The notes beneath the pieces were generated by a model that was given only the letters and a program-made list of their open reading frames with translations, did no database searches and was not told the DNA's origin. Below are positions 18,895 through 28,997 of a stretch of 32,198 bases of DNA, piece after piece. Each line of letters starts with the position of its first letter. The first letter of the stretch is position 1. The stretch spans positions 1 to 32,198 of the forward strand of contig JARRQT010000076.1 in assembly GCA_037381445.1 (NCBI GenBank), given 5' to 3'. Source of the DNA: Calditrichia bacterium (GTDB taxonomy: Bacteria; Calditrichota; Calditrichia; RBG-13-44-9). The position numbers and the translations under genes were made by a program.

Positions 18895-19176
18895 ATGTCA
18901 TTAACGGGAAAAGAAAAGAGAGAATTAAGGGCCTTGGGAAACCGCCTTAAAGCGGAAGTTCACCTTGGTAAGGAAGGCGTTTCGGAGGGGACCATCCGGA
19001 CTATTGAGAACTCCTTCAACACCAAAGAGCTGATCAAAATCAAGCTTCTGGAAACCTGTCCAGTTGACAGGGATGAAGCCGCCGGGCTGTTGTCCGAAAA
19101 AACCGGGGCAGAAATTGTGCAGGTTCTGGGCAATACCATCCTGCTGTACCGGCAGCTTTCGGAGGATGAGGAGTGA
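18895..19176 (+). CDS. yhbY: YhbY/CRM-domain RNA-binding ribosome assembly protein
   Basis: MSLTGKEKRELRALG...LGKEGV...ELIKIK...VQVLGNTILLYR; 93 aa; GAGG RBS. Confidence 0.95.
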   Translation: MSLTGKEKRELRALGNRLKAEVHLGKEGVSEGTIRTIENSFNTKELIKIKLLETCPVDRDEAAGLLSEKTGAEIVQVLGNTILLYRQLSEDEE

Positions 19177-20084
19177 AATTGCTCGGAGGGAAATATCCCT
19201 TCCTTCTAGTCTTTATGACCATCCTGTTTGGATTGTCCTTCATCGCCACTAAGAATGCGCTGGAGGGCCTGGGGATTTTCCAGGTTGTCTTCGGCCGCTA
19301 TCTATTCGCCCTGGTTGTTTTAACTTTTATCCTGGGGGGCGACCGAAAAAAATTCTACATTGCCAGAAAGGACTGGAAAGATTTCCTGCTGCTGACTCTT
19401 GTTGAACCAGTGGGATATTTTATCTTTGAAACGCTGGGCGTGCGTTTTACAACACCCTCCAGTGTCTCACTTATTATCGCAACCATACCGGCATTTTCCA
19501 TCGTTTTTGCTTTCTGGCTCCTGAAAGAGAAATCGGGGAAATGGGCATTTCTGGGAATCGTATTATCGTTAATCGGTGTCTATTTCATTGTTTCCACACA
19601 ATCCTCCAGCCGTCTGGCGCCCAATCCTATCCTGGGAAATCTATTCACTCTGGGCGCGGCCACCGCTGCGGGATTATACAATGTTTTATGCCGCAGGCTG
19701 TCCCGGACCTATTCTCCGCTCACCATTACATATTATCAGTCCATTGTGGCGACGGCAGTTTTTCTGCCTCTGGCGGCAATTCAGAGCATCCTTCGGCCCG
19801 ATTTTCATATCAACTGGTTTATTATTTTGAACATCCTTTATCTGGGTATCGGCAGTTCAGTGGTGGCCTATCTGATACTGAATTATACACTGAAGCACCT
19901 GCTGGCATCCCAGGTTGCCATTTTTGCCAATCTGATTCCGGTTGTTACGATATTGGGATCGTGGTTTGTTTATGGTGAGTTGCTGAAACCGATGCAGTTT
20001 TTGGGAGCGGGATTCATTATTCTGGGAATCTATTTTACCTATGCCCGTCCCCTGAAAATCCAACCCTCCGCTCCCCCCGGATAA
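19173..20084 (+). CDS. DMT/EamA family transporter
   Basis: About 10 hydrophobic helices in two repeats (IIATIPAFS...LLKEK; FANLIPVVT...GELL); GTGA overlap with yhbY. Confidence 0.9.
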   Translation: MKLLGGKYPFLLVFMTILFGLSFIATKNALEGLGIFQVVFGRYLFALVVLTFILGGDRKKFYIARKDWKDFLLLTLVEPVGYFIFETLGVRFTTPSSVSLIIATIPAFSIVFAFWLLKEKSGKWAFLGIVLSLIGVYFIVSTQSSSRLAPNPILGNLFTLGAATAAGLYNVLCRRLSRTYSPLTITYYQSIVATAVFLPLAAIQSILRPDFHINWFIILNILYLGIGSSVVAYLILNYTLKHLLASQVAIFANLIPVVTILGSWFVYGELLKPMQFLGAGFIILGIYFTYARPLKIQPSAPPG

Positions 20085-20214
20085 TTGGAAACCCTGTGGT
20101 TAGTTCTTCCGGATTTGATGCAGTGACGCTTTTTCCCGCTTGAAGCTTAAGCGCGCATTTTTTAATAAAAATATTTCCGCCATCAGCAGATTCCAATGGC
20201 TCGATTCACCGCTA

Positions 20215-21060
20215 TCACAATTTGATGGCTTTCTTCAATCCGAAACCTTTGTCTGTTTCCTCTATGGTTCCGCAGCAGACTTCCGGATCGTGCTCGAAGA
20301 AAACCATCCAGTTTTCCCGCACCGCCCGGCCGAGCAGCTCTTTCTTCTCCTGAATGGTCGTCACCGGGTAGAGATCATAGGCCATCACCCAGGGAATATT
20401 GATATGGGCCGTCATCGGGATCAGGTCCGCGGCATAGCATAGTTTCTCTTTTTCACCGAAGACCAATACCAGTTGCTGGGCGATAGTATGCCCATCCGAA
20501 AGGATCAATTCCACGCCGTCGAAAAGGGCGCGGGGGCCGTCCAGAATCTTGAGATTGTCCGATTTGACCAGCGGATCAATATTCTCGGAGAGATAACTGG
20601 CATGGTCCTTTTCAAATCTTTTCTGTGCCCATTCCAACTGTTTTTTCTGCACGTAATGGGTGGCATGGGGAAAGCGTAAGCTCAGCCTGCCTTCTTTGTC
20701 ATAATACGTGGCCCCGCCCACGTGATCGAAATGCAGGTGGGTCAGAATTACATCGGTGACGTTCTCCGGTTGAATTTTATGGGCGGCCAGCGCTTTGAGC
20801 AGGGAGTGCCGGGAATGGTCGATACCGTATATATCCCTGAATTTTTCAGTGGATTTGTCTCCGATGCCGGTATCTATCAGGATGTTCCGGCCCGGCGCTT
20901 TCAGCAGCAGCGTATTCAAGGCCATGAAAATCCGGTTTTTTTCATCCGGGGGATTTTTCTTTTTCCACAGGACCTGCGGGACAACCCCGAACATTGCCCC
21001 GCCATCCAAACGGTATCTGCCGGTATCGATTAAATGGACCTGATATTTGCCAACCTGCAT
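20215..21060 (-). CDS. MBL-fold metallo-hydrolase (YtnP/lactonase-like)
   Basis: LDGGAMFGVVP, LIDTGIG, THLHFDHVGG (HxHxDH), GHT, ADLIP, FFEHDP. Confidence 0.93.
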   Translation of the reverse strand: MQVGKYQVHLIDTGRYRLDGGAMFGVVPQVLWKKKNPPDEKNRIFMALNTLLLKAPGRNILIDTGIGDKSTEKFRDIYGIDHSRHSLLKALAAHKIQPENVTDVILTHLHFDHVGGATYYDKEGRLSLRFPHATHYVQKKQLEWAQKRFEKDHASYLSENIDPLVKSDNLKILDGPRALFDGVELILSDGHTIAQQLVLVFGEKEKLCYAADLIPMTAHINIPWVMAYDLYPVTTIQEKKELLGRAVRENWMVFFEHDPEVCCGTIEETDKGFGLKKAIKL

Positions 21061-21087
21061 TTATTCCTCCTTCCGCAATCAACCGCA

Positions 21088-21109
21088 CCCGCCGGGAATA
21101 TCCGGCGGG
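21088..21109. other. GC-rich intercistronic stem-loop between the S9 peptidase and MBL hydrolase genes
   Basis: CCCGCCGG-GAATAT-CCGGCGGG with no U-tract, so more likely an mRNA stability/processing hairpin than a terminator. Confidence 0.5.
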
Positions 21110-21127
21110 AACGATCATCCGATAAAA

Positions 21128-23164
21128 TTATGGTTTTAAATACTTGCCCAGCCAGTCGTACACATTCCTCCACCATTGCCTGGCATTTTTGGGTTTCTGA
21201 ACAAAATGGTCTTCGTCCGGGAAAATCAGAAGCTTCGAATCAACATGCTGCAACTGCACGGCTGTAAAAGCCTGCAGACCCTGGGTATACGGCACCCGGA
21301 AGTCCTTTATTCCGTGCACGATTAAAATGGGCGTTTTAAAATGTTCGACAAAGTTCGCCGGGTTCCACTTTTCATAAAGGCTGCCTTTTTGCCATGGATA
21401 TCCGTTGAATTCCCAGGCAGGAAACCACAGCTCTTCAGTCGCACCGAATTCACTTACCTGTTCATATACACCGTCATGGCAGACCAGTGTTTTGAACAGG
21501 CCTTCATCATTATGGCCCTCAATCCAGTCAATCATGAATCCGCCGTAGGAAGCACCCGCGGCGCCGATGCGGTCTTTATCTACAAACGAAAATTTATCGG
21601 CGGCCCATTTGGTGCCAATCATGATGTCATCATAAGGCGCGCCGCCCCAGTCCTTGCTAACCGCATCCACAAAAGCCTGCCCGTACCCGCGGCTGCCGTG
21701 GAAATTTATCATGATGGCCACATAACCGGGAGAGGCAAACATTTCGGCATTCCAGCGGTAATGGAAATCATCCCCCCAGGAGCCCTGCGGTCCGCCATGT
21801 ATGAGAGAAACCATGGGATATTTCTTGTTGGGATCAAATTGGGGCGGTTTGACCATGAAAAGCTGGATGGAATCATTCTTTGCCCCGGTGAACCAGTACT
21901 CCTCAAGGGGATTCATATCCAGTTCGGCCAACCGCTCTTTGTTCGTGAAAGTCAATTGGGTCAGTTCTTTCTTTTTTAGATCGAAACGATATAATTCCGT
22001 TGGGTCATTGACTGCCTGCCGCGAAATGACCAGAAATTTGCCGTCAGGACTGATATCAAATTCATTGATAAACTGTTTGTCCAGCAGGAGGCTGAGCTTG
22101 TCCTTTTGCAGATCGACTTCATACAGGCGGTGCCGGCCATGGTTGGGAACAAAAAAGTAGAGCTTTTTCCCGTCCGGCGCCCACACAAAATCTGTTACGG
22201 AGCGGTCCAGTTTTTCAGTGAGATTTCGCTCTTCGCCGGTCTGCAGATTATAGATCTTCAGGTCCTGCTGGTCAGCCTCAAAACCGGGTCGCGCCATGGA
22301 AAGGTAGGCAATATATTGACCGTCCGGCGAGTAGCGCGGGCCGTTATCATTTCCCTTCCAGGTAGTAATCTGTTTTTGGTTCACCTTGTCAACCGGGGTG
22401 ATCCATATATTGTTATTGGTGCTGATCGCGACGATCGGATCGGTATTTTTCACAAAACCGAGATATTTTCCATCGGGTGAGAAAACAAAATCATGGCTGC
22501 TGCCCAGATCGATGGGGGGCGTATCATAGGGGCCGGGCGTGAGGTCGCGCAGGTAAGTTCCGTCCCGCTGCACCAAAAGGACATGACTGTATTTTCCCTT
22601 TCGCCAATGATTCCAGTGCCGATAGAGCAGATGTTCAATTTCCATTCCGCTGCCGTCATTCTTCTCTTTTTCTTCCACCATCTTCTGGCTCTCTTCGGGA
22701 GATGACGCTTCGGGAAGCATGGCCGTGGCGACCGCAAAATACTCTCCGTCCGGTGACCAGGCAAAGCTGTTAACCTCTGTGGGAATATCGGTGGCCCTGC
22801 GAGCTTCCCCGCCCTTCATGCTGATTACATATATTTGAGCGGTGCCTTCCCGGGTGGAAATAAATCCCAGTTCATCACCGGCGGGAGACCAGCGGGGATA
22901 AAAATCTGCTTTATCGGAAAAAGTAAGCTGCCGAACCGTTTTCCCATCGGACGATACCAGATAAATATCACTGTTTTTGGAATTCTTCTCGATGTCGAAA
23001 CGGGTCACGGTATAGGCGATCCACTGACCGTCCGGAGAAATTTGGGGATCGGCCACTCTTGCCATACCGAATAAATCGTTGAACTCAATAGGTCTTTTTG
23101 CCAATGCCATGCTGCTGATTACCATCGTTAATAAAATTAACCATCTGGAAATTCTTATTAACAT
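21128..23164 (-). CDS. S9 family serine peptidase (dipeptidyl/acylaminoacyl peptidase) with PD40 beta-propeller
   Basis: Signal peptide; repeated SPDG motifs; IHGGPQG, GASYGG (nucleophile), DFRVP, DEDHF. ATG 23164 with AAGGAGG RBS. Confidence 0.95.
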   Translation of the reverse strand: MLIRISRWLILLTMVISSMALAKRPIEFNDLFGMARVADPQISPDGQWIAYTVTRFDIEKNSKNSDIYLVSSDGKTVRQLTFSDKADFYPRWSPAGDELGFISTREGTAQIYVISMKGGEARRATDIPTEVNSFAWSPDGEYFAVATAMLPEASSPEESQKMVEEKEKNDGSGMEIEHLLYRHWNHWRKGKYSHVLLVQRDGTYLRDLTPGPYDTPPIDLGSSHDFVFSPDGKYLGFVKNTDPIVAISTNNNIWITPVDKVNQKQITTWKGNDNGPRYSPDGQYIAYLSMARPGFEADQQDLKIYNLQTGEERNLTEKLDRSVTDFVWAPDGKKLYFFVPNHGRHRLYEVDLQKDKLSLLLDKQFINEFDISPDGKFLVISRQAVNDPTELYRFDLKKKELTQLTFTNKERLAELDMNPLEEYWFTGAKNDSIQLFMVKPPQFDPNKKYPMVSLIHGGPQGSWGDDFHYRWNAEMFASPGYVAIMINFHGSRGYGQAFVDAVSKDWGGAPYDDIMIGTKWAADKFSFVDKDRIGAAGASYGGFMIDWIEGHNDEGLFKTLVCHDGVYEQVSEFGATEELWFPAWEFNGYPWQKGSLYEKWNPANFVEHFKTPILIVHGIKDFRVPYTQGLQAFTAVQLQHVDSKLLIFPDEDHFVQKPKNARQWWRNVYDWLGKYLKP

Positions 23165-23381
23165 TAATGCCTCCTTTTTTAAAAGGTTCACGATTGGTCA
23201 GAAAAAAAGATAACAGCTTATTTTTTAAAGGCCTCAGCCGATAAATATTTTAGACAAAAATAACGGGAAAACACAACAGTTAATTAAAAATAAACTTTGA
23301 AAAAAAGGTTCCGATTTTTAGATTGATCGCTAATGTGGCGTACAACTTAATGCGGATCTGTTAAAACCGGGAAAGGAACGG

Positions 23382-24992
23382 ATGATGGATAAAGCGAATG
23401 GACGCTGGATTTTACTTGGCTTGATAATTCTGGGGCTTGTTTTACCTTTCGGATCGGCGGTGGCGCAGCATTCCACGTCTTCTCCAGACAGCGCAGCCAT
23501 ACATCAGCAGGCAGAGGGTGCGCAAGTGCATGGTGAGAGCCATCAGGCGGGAGACCTGGGAGCGGAACTGCCCTTCTGGAGCATCATTCCGTTTGTGGGA
23601 ATTTTATTGTCAATTGCCATATTTCCGCTGGTAGCGCCCCATTTCTGGCATCATCATTATGGCAAAGTATCCGCATTCTGGGCGCTTTTATTTGCCATAC
23701 CTTTTTTGTTTGCCTATCAAAGTGAAGCCTTTTCTGAAATTATTCATATTTATCTGACGGATTATATTCCTTTCATAATCCTGCTGTGGGCGCTGTTCAC
23801 GGTTGCGGGAGGAATTTTGGTGGAAGGTGCTCCGGTAGGGACGCCTGTCGCCAATCTTATCCTTTTAATAATCGGGACTTTCCTGGCCTCCTGGATCGGT
23901 ACCACCGGCGCTTCCATGGTGCTCATCCGGCCGCTGATCAGAATGAACAAATACCGCAAATCCAAAATCCACCTCATTGTCTTTTTTATCTTTCTTGTCA
24001 GCAACATCGGGGGTTCTCTAACGCCCCTCGGCGATCCGCCCCTTTTCCTCGGTTTCCTGCACCATGTCCCGTTTTTCTGGACATTTAATATATTTACAGA
24101 GATGGCCTTTTTATCCGGCATGCTCCTGCTGGGATTTTTTGTTTTCGATACACTAGTTTTCCGCAAGGAGGGATGGCACAAAAAACTGCACCTGAAGGCC
24201 TACCACTTTGAGGTCCCGGAAGATATGGACGAAATTGAACTCAAGGAACAGTATGAAATTGAAGGGGGTATGGGCCCGCGGAAAACGCTGCAGAAACTGA
24301 CTGCTACTATGACCATCAGCGGTTTGCACAATCTCTGGTTCCTGCTGGGGATTATTGCCGGCGTGCTGTTCAGCGGTCTGGTAAAAGTGGGAGAGGTGCA
24401 AATCATGGGCGTGCATATGCCGATTCAAAATCTTATGCGGGACGGTTTCCTGATCCTCATGGGTTTGTTGTCGCTCAAGACCACCGTCTGGAAGATCCGC
24501 GAGGGCAATGAATTCAGCTGGTTTCCTATTGTAGAAGTCGCAAAATTATTTGCCGGCATCTTTATGACTATTATCCCGGCATTGGCCATGCTGAAGGCAG
24601 GGGAGGAAGGACACCTCCATTTCATTATTGATGCCGTGAAACAGCCCTGGCATTATTTCTGGGTGACAGGCGCGCTTTCCAGTTTTCTGGATAACGCCCC
24701 CACTTACCTGACATTTTTAAATACTTCTCTCGGTCAATTCTTTGCCGGCATGCCTGAACCGCAGGCAGTGGCGAGCCTTATCGCCCATCAGGGTCTTTAC
24801 CTGAAGGCAATTTCCACCGGAGCGGTGTTCTTCGGCGCCATGACCTATATTGGGAATGCGCCTAATTTTATGGTGAAATCCATTGCTGAGGAGCAGAATA
24901 TCAAGATGCCCAGTTTTTTCGGATATATGCTCTATTCGCTGATAATTCTTGTTCCGGTTTTCGTGCTTGTAACGCTGCTATTTTTTCACTAA
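23382..24992 (+). CDS. Ion-transporter superfamily membrane protein (putative Na+/H+ antiporter / citrate transporter-like)
   Basis: IGTTGASMVLIRP, SNIGGSLTPLGDPPLFLG, SSFLDNAPTYL, AMTYIGNAPNFMVK; many TM helices. Substrate not determinable. Confidence 0.85.
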   Translation: MMDKANGRWILLGLIILGLVLPFGSAVAQHSTSSPDSAAIHQQAEGAQVHGESHQAGDLGAELPFWSIIPFVGILLSIAIFPLVAPHFWHHHYGKVSAFWALLFAIPFLFAYQSEAFSEIIHIYLTDYIPFIILLWALFTVAGGILVEGAPVGTPVANLILLIIGTFLASWIGTTGASMVLIRPLIRMNKYRKSKIHLIVFFIFLVSNIGGSLTPLGDPPLFLGFLHHVPFFWTFNIFTEMAFLSGMLLLGFFVFDTLVFRKEGWHKKLHLKAYHFEVPEDMDEIELKEQYEIEGGMGPRKTLQKLTATMTISGLHNLWFLLGIIAGVLFSGLVKVGEVQIMGVHMPIQNLMRDGFLILMGLLSLKTTVWKIREGNEFSWFPIVEVAKLFAGIFMTIIPALAMLKAGEEGHLHFIIDAVKQPWHYFWVTGALSSFLDNAPTYLTFLNTSLGQFFAGMPEPQAVASLIAHQGLYLKAISTGAVFFGAMTYIGNAPNFMVKSIAEEQNIKMPSFFGYMLYSLIILVPVFVLVTLLFFH

Positions 24993-25053
24993 TAATTAAT
25001 GCATCCTGAAAAATTTGGAAACAAATCAGACTTCGAAAATTTTTGCTGCCTTA

Positions 25054-25093
25054 AAAGCCGGAAACAATTTCTTTCCGGCTTTGTTTTATCTTT
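25054..25093 (+). terminator. Intrinsic terminator after the antiporter gene
   Basis: AAAGCCGGAAA / TTTCCGGCTTT 11-bp inverted repeat (25054-25082) followed by GTTTTATCTTT. Confidence 0.7.
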
Positions 25094-25120
25094 TCATTGT
25101 TAAAGGAAGACCATCTGAAA

Positions 25121-25909
25121 ATGAAATTAACCGACACACATACTCACCTGCATTTCGATCAGTATCAGGATGATCTGACGCGGACTATTGAGCGTGCCCG
25201 GCAGACCGGGATTATCAGAATGCTCACGCTGGGGACGGACCTCGGAACCAGCCAGGCCGCTGTGCAGATTGCCGGGCGTTATGAGGAGGTGTTTGCGGCC
25301 GTGGGTATCCACCCCACCGATGCTTACCATGCCGCGCTGAAGGATGTGGCAGCGATAAAAGAACTGGCCATGTCCGAAAAGAAAGTAGTGGCCATTGGAG
25401 AAATAGGTCTGGATTTGTACTGGGACGACGTTTCCCTGCAGGATCAGATCCCGGTTCTGGAGAGAATGATTGCGTTGGCCGGTGAGCTTGACCTCCCGGT
25501 CGTGATTCACAACCGGGAAGCGCAGAAGGAAATGCAGTCGATTTTCGGGGAATGGGGAATAGACAGGCTCTCTGGCGTGATGCACTCATTTGCGGGAAAC
25601 ATCCGCGATGCCGAGTTTTACTTGCAGCGCGGGATGTTCATTTCCTTTACCGGGGTAATAACTTTTAAGAATTTCAAAGAGATGGAAGTGGTGAAATATG
25701 TCCCGCTGGAGAGGCTGCTGCTGGAAACGGATTCCCCCTTTCTGGCTCCGGTACCAAAACGGGGCAAACGAAACGAGCCGGCCTATGTGAAATATACGGC
25801 CAAGAAACTTGCCGAAGTGCACGGCGTCTCCATGGAAGAGGTCTGCCGCATCACCACCGAAAATGCCCGCAAATTATTTAAATGGGATCAATCCGAGGGT
25901 GAATTCTAG
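25121..25909 (+). CDS. tatD: TatD family DNase/hydrolase
   Basis: DTHTHL, AVGIHP, AIGEIGLD, VIHNREA, VMHSF, LLETDSPFL, RNEP. ATG 25121 preferred over TTG 25097. Confidence 0.95.
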   Translation: MKLTDTHTHLHFDQYQDDLTRTIERARQTGIIRMLTLGTDLGTSQAAVQIAGRYEEVFAAVGIHPTDAYHAALKDVAAIKELAMSEKKVVAIGEIGLDLYWDDVSLQDQIPVLERMIALAGELDLPVVIHNREAQKEMQSIFGEWGIDRLSGVMHSFAGNIRDAEFYLQRGMFISFTGVITFKNFKEMEVVKYVPLERLLLETDSPFLAPVPKRGKRNEPAYVKYTAKKLAEVHGVSMEEVCRITTENARKLFKWDQSEGEF

Positions 25910-25987
25910 CCGTTTGAATTTTTGGGAAATCCGGCAACTACTGCCCTCAAGACTGCCATTTGACCAGAAGCCTATCGGATTATTGCG

Positions 25988-27421
25988 TCAGTCCAACTTT
26001 TCATATTCCGGTTTGGGCGTGCTGTATTTTATGGGACTGGGAGTATCATTCTCCAGCATTTCCTTCAGTTTCTCAGCATTATCGGTAACAAATACAATTT
26101 TCATGTCTTTATATTGCAGGTATTTTTTGATGGCCTCATTCACTTCTGCCTTGGACAAATCTGTCATTTTTTGACGGAAGATCTTTAAGTAACTGCCATC
26201 AATATTGTAGAATTGGTCATCCATGGCATAACCGAGCTGGGACATGGTGGTAGGGGCGAAATGGAGCACGTAGTTTTTGAGAAAATTGCTCGTGAGTTTG
26301 AATTCGCTGTCCGTGAGGCCGTTATCAACCAGTTTGTGAAGCTCGCGGTCTGCTGCCCGGAAAGCGAATAGTTTGGCATCATTGGGAACCGGCCTTATCC
26401 ACACCTCAAAAATTTGCTGATGGCGCGCCACGTTGGGAGGCGGAAACTGGCGGGAACCGCCCTGCGGGAAATATTCGATGTAGGAGTAATCGCCGTAATT
26501 CAGGCCCCGGGCTTCCCGTATGACCTGGTAAAGGTGAGAGGAGGAATTTCTGTGCTCGCCAAACCATGAATTGGCAACTGCCAGTGCATAAAATCCTCTC
26601 TGGCCCCGCAGCACATCGATGGGATATCCGAAGCTGATAGCGGTGGCATTGGCGCCGGGTTTCTCAATGATTCTGACCTCCAGTCCATTGATCGGCTTTA
26701 CCTGCGGTTTGCCGGGCTGCTGCAGATTTTTGCCGGAGGGCAAAGTTTTCATGTCGCTTTTCACCCGGGTTACAAAACCGCTGTCGTAGCTTCCTCCCAG
26801 TCCGATGATAACATTGTCCCTGGTATAATAATTTTTGTAGAAAGCTTTCACATCATCCAGGGTAATTGCCTTCAGGCTGGAAACGTGGCCTTCCACGATA
26901 TGGCCGTAGGGTGTCCCCTCAAAAATGAATTCCTGCAGCGCTTTCTTGCCCAGTTCCTCATCATTGGCGTAACGGAGATTGTTTTCCACATAATTCAGCA
27001 TACTGCTCTTAACCCGGTTGAAATCTTCCTCGGTGAAACCCGGCTCCAGAATAACCTGCCTGAACAGATCGTAATAATCCTGAATATGGTCCTTATAGAC
27101 CCGTCCGTAAATGACGGTAAGCTCTTTGTCCACCTGGTTGTTAATGGATGCCGCCATGGGGTACAGCTTCTCCAGAATATTTTCATAGGAGAGTTTCTGG
27201 GTTGCGCCCTCGGTGAGCATGGCGGCGGTAAAAGCGGCCAGCCCGTCTTTTCCGACAGGATCATTCTGTGATCCTACTTCAAACATTATCCGTATGGAAA
27301 TGGTGGGGTCTTCCTGAACAGGGTAGAGAACCATTTTTTCACCTGTTGATTTTTGGCATGAGGTAAAAATGAATGTTCCGCCAATCAGGAACATCGATAT
27401 TAAAATCAGGAATTTTCTCAT
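25988..27421 (-). CDS. M16B peptidase, non-catalytic subunit, probable lipoprotein
   Basis: GSQNDPVGKDGLAAFTAAML (no HxxEH); LYQVIREARGLNYG (R/Y motif); lipobox-like FTSC; TAATG coupling to the upstream subunit. Confidence 0.88.
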   Translation of the reverse strand: MRKFLILISMFLIGGTFIFTSCQKSTGEKMVLYPVQEDPTISIRIMFEVGSQNDPVGKDGLAAFTAAMLTEGATQKLSYENILEKLYPMAASINNQVDKELTVIYGRVYKDHIQDYYDLFRQVILEPGFTEEDFNRVKSSMLNYVENNLRYANDEELGKKALQEFIFEGTPYGHIVEGHVSSLKAITLDDVKAFYKNYYTRDNVIIGLGGSYDSGFVTRVKSDMKTLPSGKNLQQPGKPQVKPINGLEVRIIEKPGANATAISFGYPIDVLRGQRGFYALAVANSWFGEHRNSSSHLYQVIREARGLNYGDYSYIEYFPQGGSRQFPPPNVARHQQIFEVWIRPVPNDAKLFAFRAADRELHKLVDNGLTDSEFKLTSNFLKNYVLHFAPTTMSQLGYAMDDQFYNIDGSYLKIFRQKMTDLSKAEVNEAIKKYLQYKDMKIVFVTDNAEKLKEMLENDTPSPIKYSTPKPEYEKLD

Positions 27422-28755
27422 TATTTTTCCCCCTCTAATGTGATTACGGTGCTGTGTGAACTCTGGAGATAACGGTTGGCAACCGCGCGGATGTCGTCCG
27501 GTGTCAGACTATCCATGGTATTGAACAACTCATTTACCGATTCCAATCGTCCGGTCATGGCAATGTAGCGGGCCAGACTTCCGGCGATATTATCAGGGTT
27601 ATTAAGGTTCATCAAAAAACGGTATCGTACATGTTCAATGTAATTCTTTAATTCGGTTTCACTTACCGCCTGCGATTTAAATTTCTCGATGGTATCGTCG
27701 ATTTCTCCCTTGACATAGGAAATATCATTCTCATTTTTAATCATGCTGTAAATAATGAGCAGATTCGGGTCCCGGTGATAAGAAAAATCAGGCTCAATGA
27801 ATTCAACTTTCTGTTCCTTCAGCGCCAGCTTTTTGTACAAATCACTGTTTTCACCGAAAGCCATATCGCCCAAAATATAGGCGCCGGCAACCATTTTATT
27901 CGTTGGATCGAAAGCTGGTCCCTTATACCCGATGGCCAGAATGGGCAGGGTCTTTCCTGGATACTTGACAACTTTTGATCTTTCCTTCCTCTGCACCGGT
28001 TCTTTCTGGATTTTGGGCGGCACAAATCCTTTCTTCCAACTCCCGTAGTATTCCTGGATCAGTTCCTTGGTTCGGACGGGATCAAAATCGCCTGTGATTA
28101 CCAGCACCACATTTTCCGGACGATAGTACCGTTTGAAAAAGCTTAGGCTGTACTGATACATGTTGGGCATATTCTTGATATCCGCTTCGAATCCGATGGT
28201 GGTATGTTTATAGGTGTGCTTCACAAAAGCCAGATCGTACAGGTTCTCTTCCAGAACCCACCAGGGATTTACGCGGCCCTTGCGGAACTCTCCGTAAACC
28301 GCCCCCGCTTCGGTTTTGAAATCCCTTTCGGAATAGGACAGATCTTCGAAACGATTACTTTCAAGCTCCATCACCTTTTTCATATAGGTGGTTGGAAATA
28401 CGAGGTGGAAAGCGGTGTAATCATCAGTAGTGTAGGCGTTGGCATCGGCGCCCATTTCGGTGATCATGCGATCGTACACCGGCCCGGGGTACTTCTTGGT
28501 TCCGCGAAACATCATATGTTCAAAGAAGTGGGCAAACCCCGATTTCCCCTGTTCCCATTCATCGCGGCTGCCGGTCCTGACAATGCTGTAGTAAGCAACC
28601 AGTCCGCTTCCGTGCACCGGAATTAGATAGGTTTTGAAGCCGTTGTCAAGTTTGAACTCCTCGTATTGGTACGGGAAGAACAGGCTATCCGCGGAGTGCG
28701 CCATACCAATCCCGGCAAAGAGAAACAATAGAAATACAAGCAATAATTTTTTCAT
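27421..28755 (-). CDS. M16B zinc peptidase, catalytic subunit, exported
   Basis: GSRDE...SGFAHFFEHMMFRGT (HxxEH), NAYTTDDYT, YYRPEN; signal peptide MKKLLLVFLLFLFAGIGMA. ATG 28755 with GAGG RBS. Confidence 0.93.
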   Translation of the reverse strand: MKKLLLVFLLFLFAGIGMAHSADSLFFPYQYEEFKLDNGFKTYLIPVHGSGLVAYYSIVRTGSRDEWEQGKSGFAHFFEHMMFRGTKKYPGPVYDRMITEMGADANAYTTDDYTAFHLVFPTTYMKKVMELESNRFEDLSYSERDFKTEAGAVYGEFRKGRVNPWWVLEENLYDLAFVKHTYKHTTIGFEADIKNMPNMYQYSLSFFKRYYRPENVVLVITGDFDPVRTKELIQEYYGSWKKGFVPPKIQKEPVQRKERSKVVKYPGKTLPILAIGYKGPAFDPTNKMVAGAYILGDMAFGENSDLYKKLALKEQKVEFIEPDFSYHRDPNLLIIYSMIKNENDISYVKGEIDDTIEKFKSQAVSETELKNYIEHVRYRFLMNLNNPDNIAGSLARYIAMTGRLESVNELFNTMDSLTPDDIRAVANRYLQSSHSTVITLEGEK

Positions 28756-28915
28756 AACAGGCCTCACGATGTGTTTTAGATGAAAGTCTCATATGTGTAT
28801 GGACCTTTTTTGACATCATCAAATATAGACGCAGAGGGCGAGGTATGCAAGCGGGTACTTGTCGTTGCGCATGGAAAATTGAATTTTTTTGGGGGGAATG
28901 GAATTGATTTCGAGC

Positions 28916-28963
28916 AAAAAAGAATCACCCCAATCCGGAGTATTGCGACCGGGATCGGGGTGA
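28916..28963 (-). terminator. Intrinsic terminator after the cyanophycinase gene
   Basis: Minus strand TCACCCCGATCC...GGATTGGGGTGA followed by TTCTTTTTT. Confidence 0.75.
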
Positions 28964-28997
28964 CATAAGACCGGGATTTGAAAAAAATTCTGTGCAA

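Noticed and set aside
28768..28997. Small ORFs 28776-28997 and 28780-28968
   Set aside because: They span a terminator and the M16 promoter region and have no coding hallmarks.
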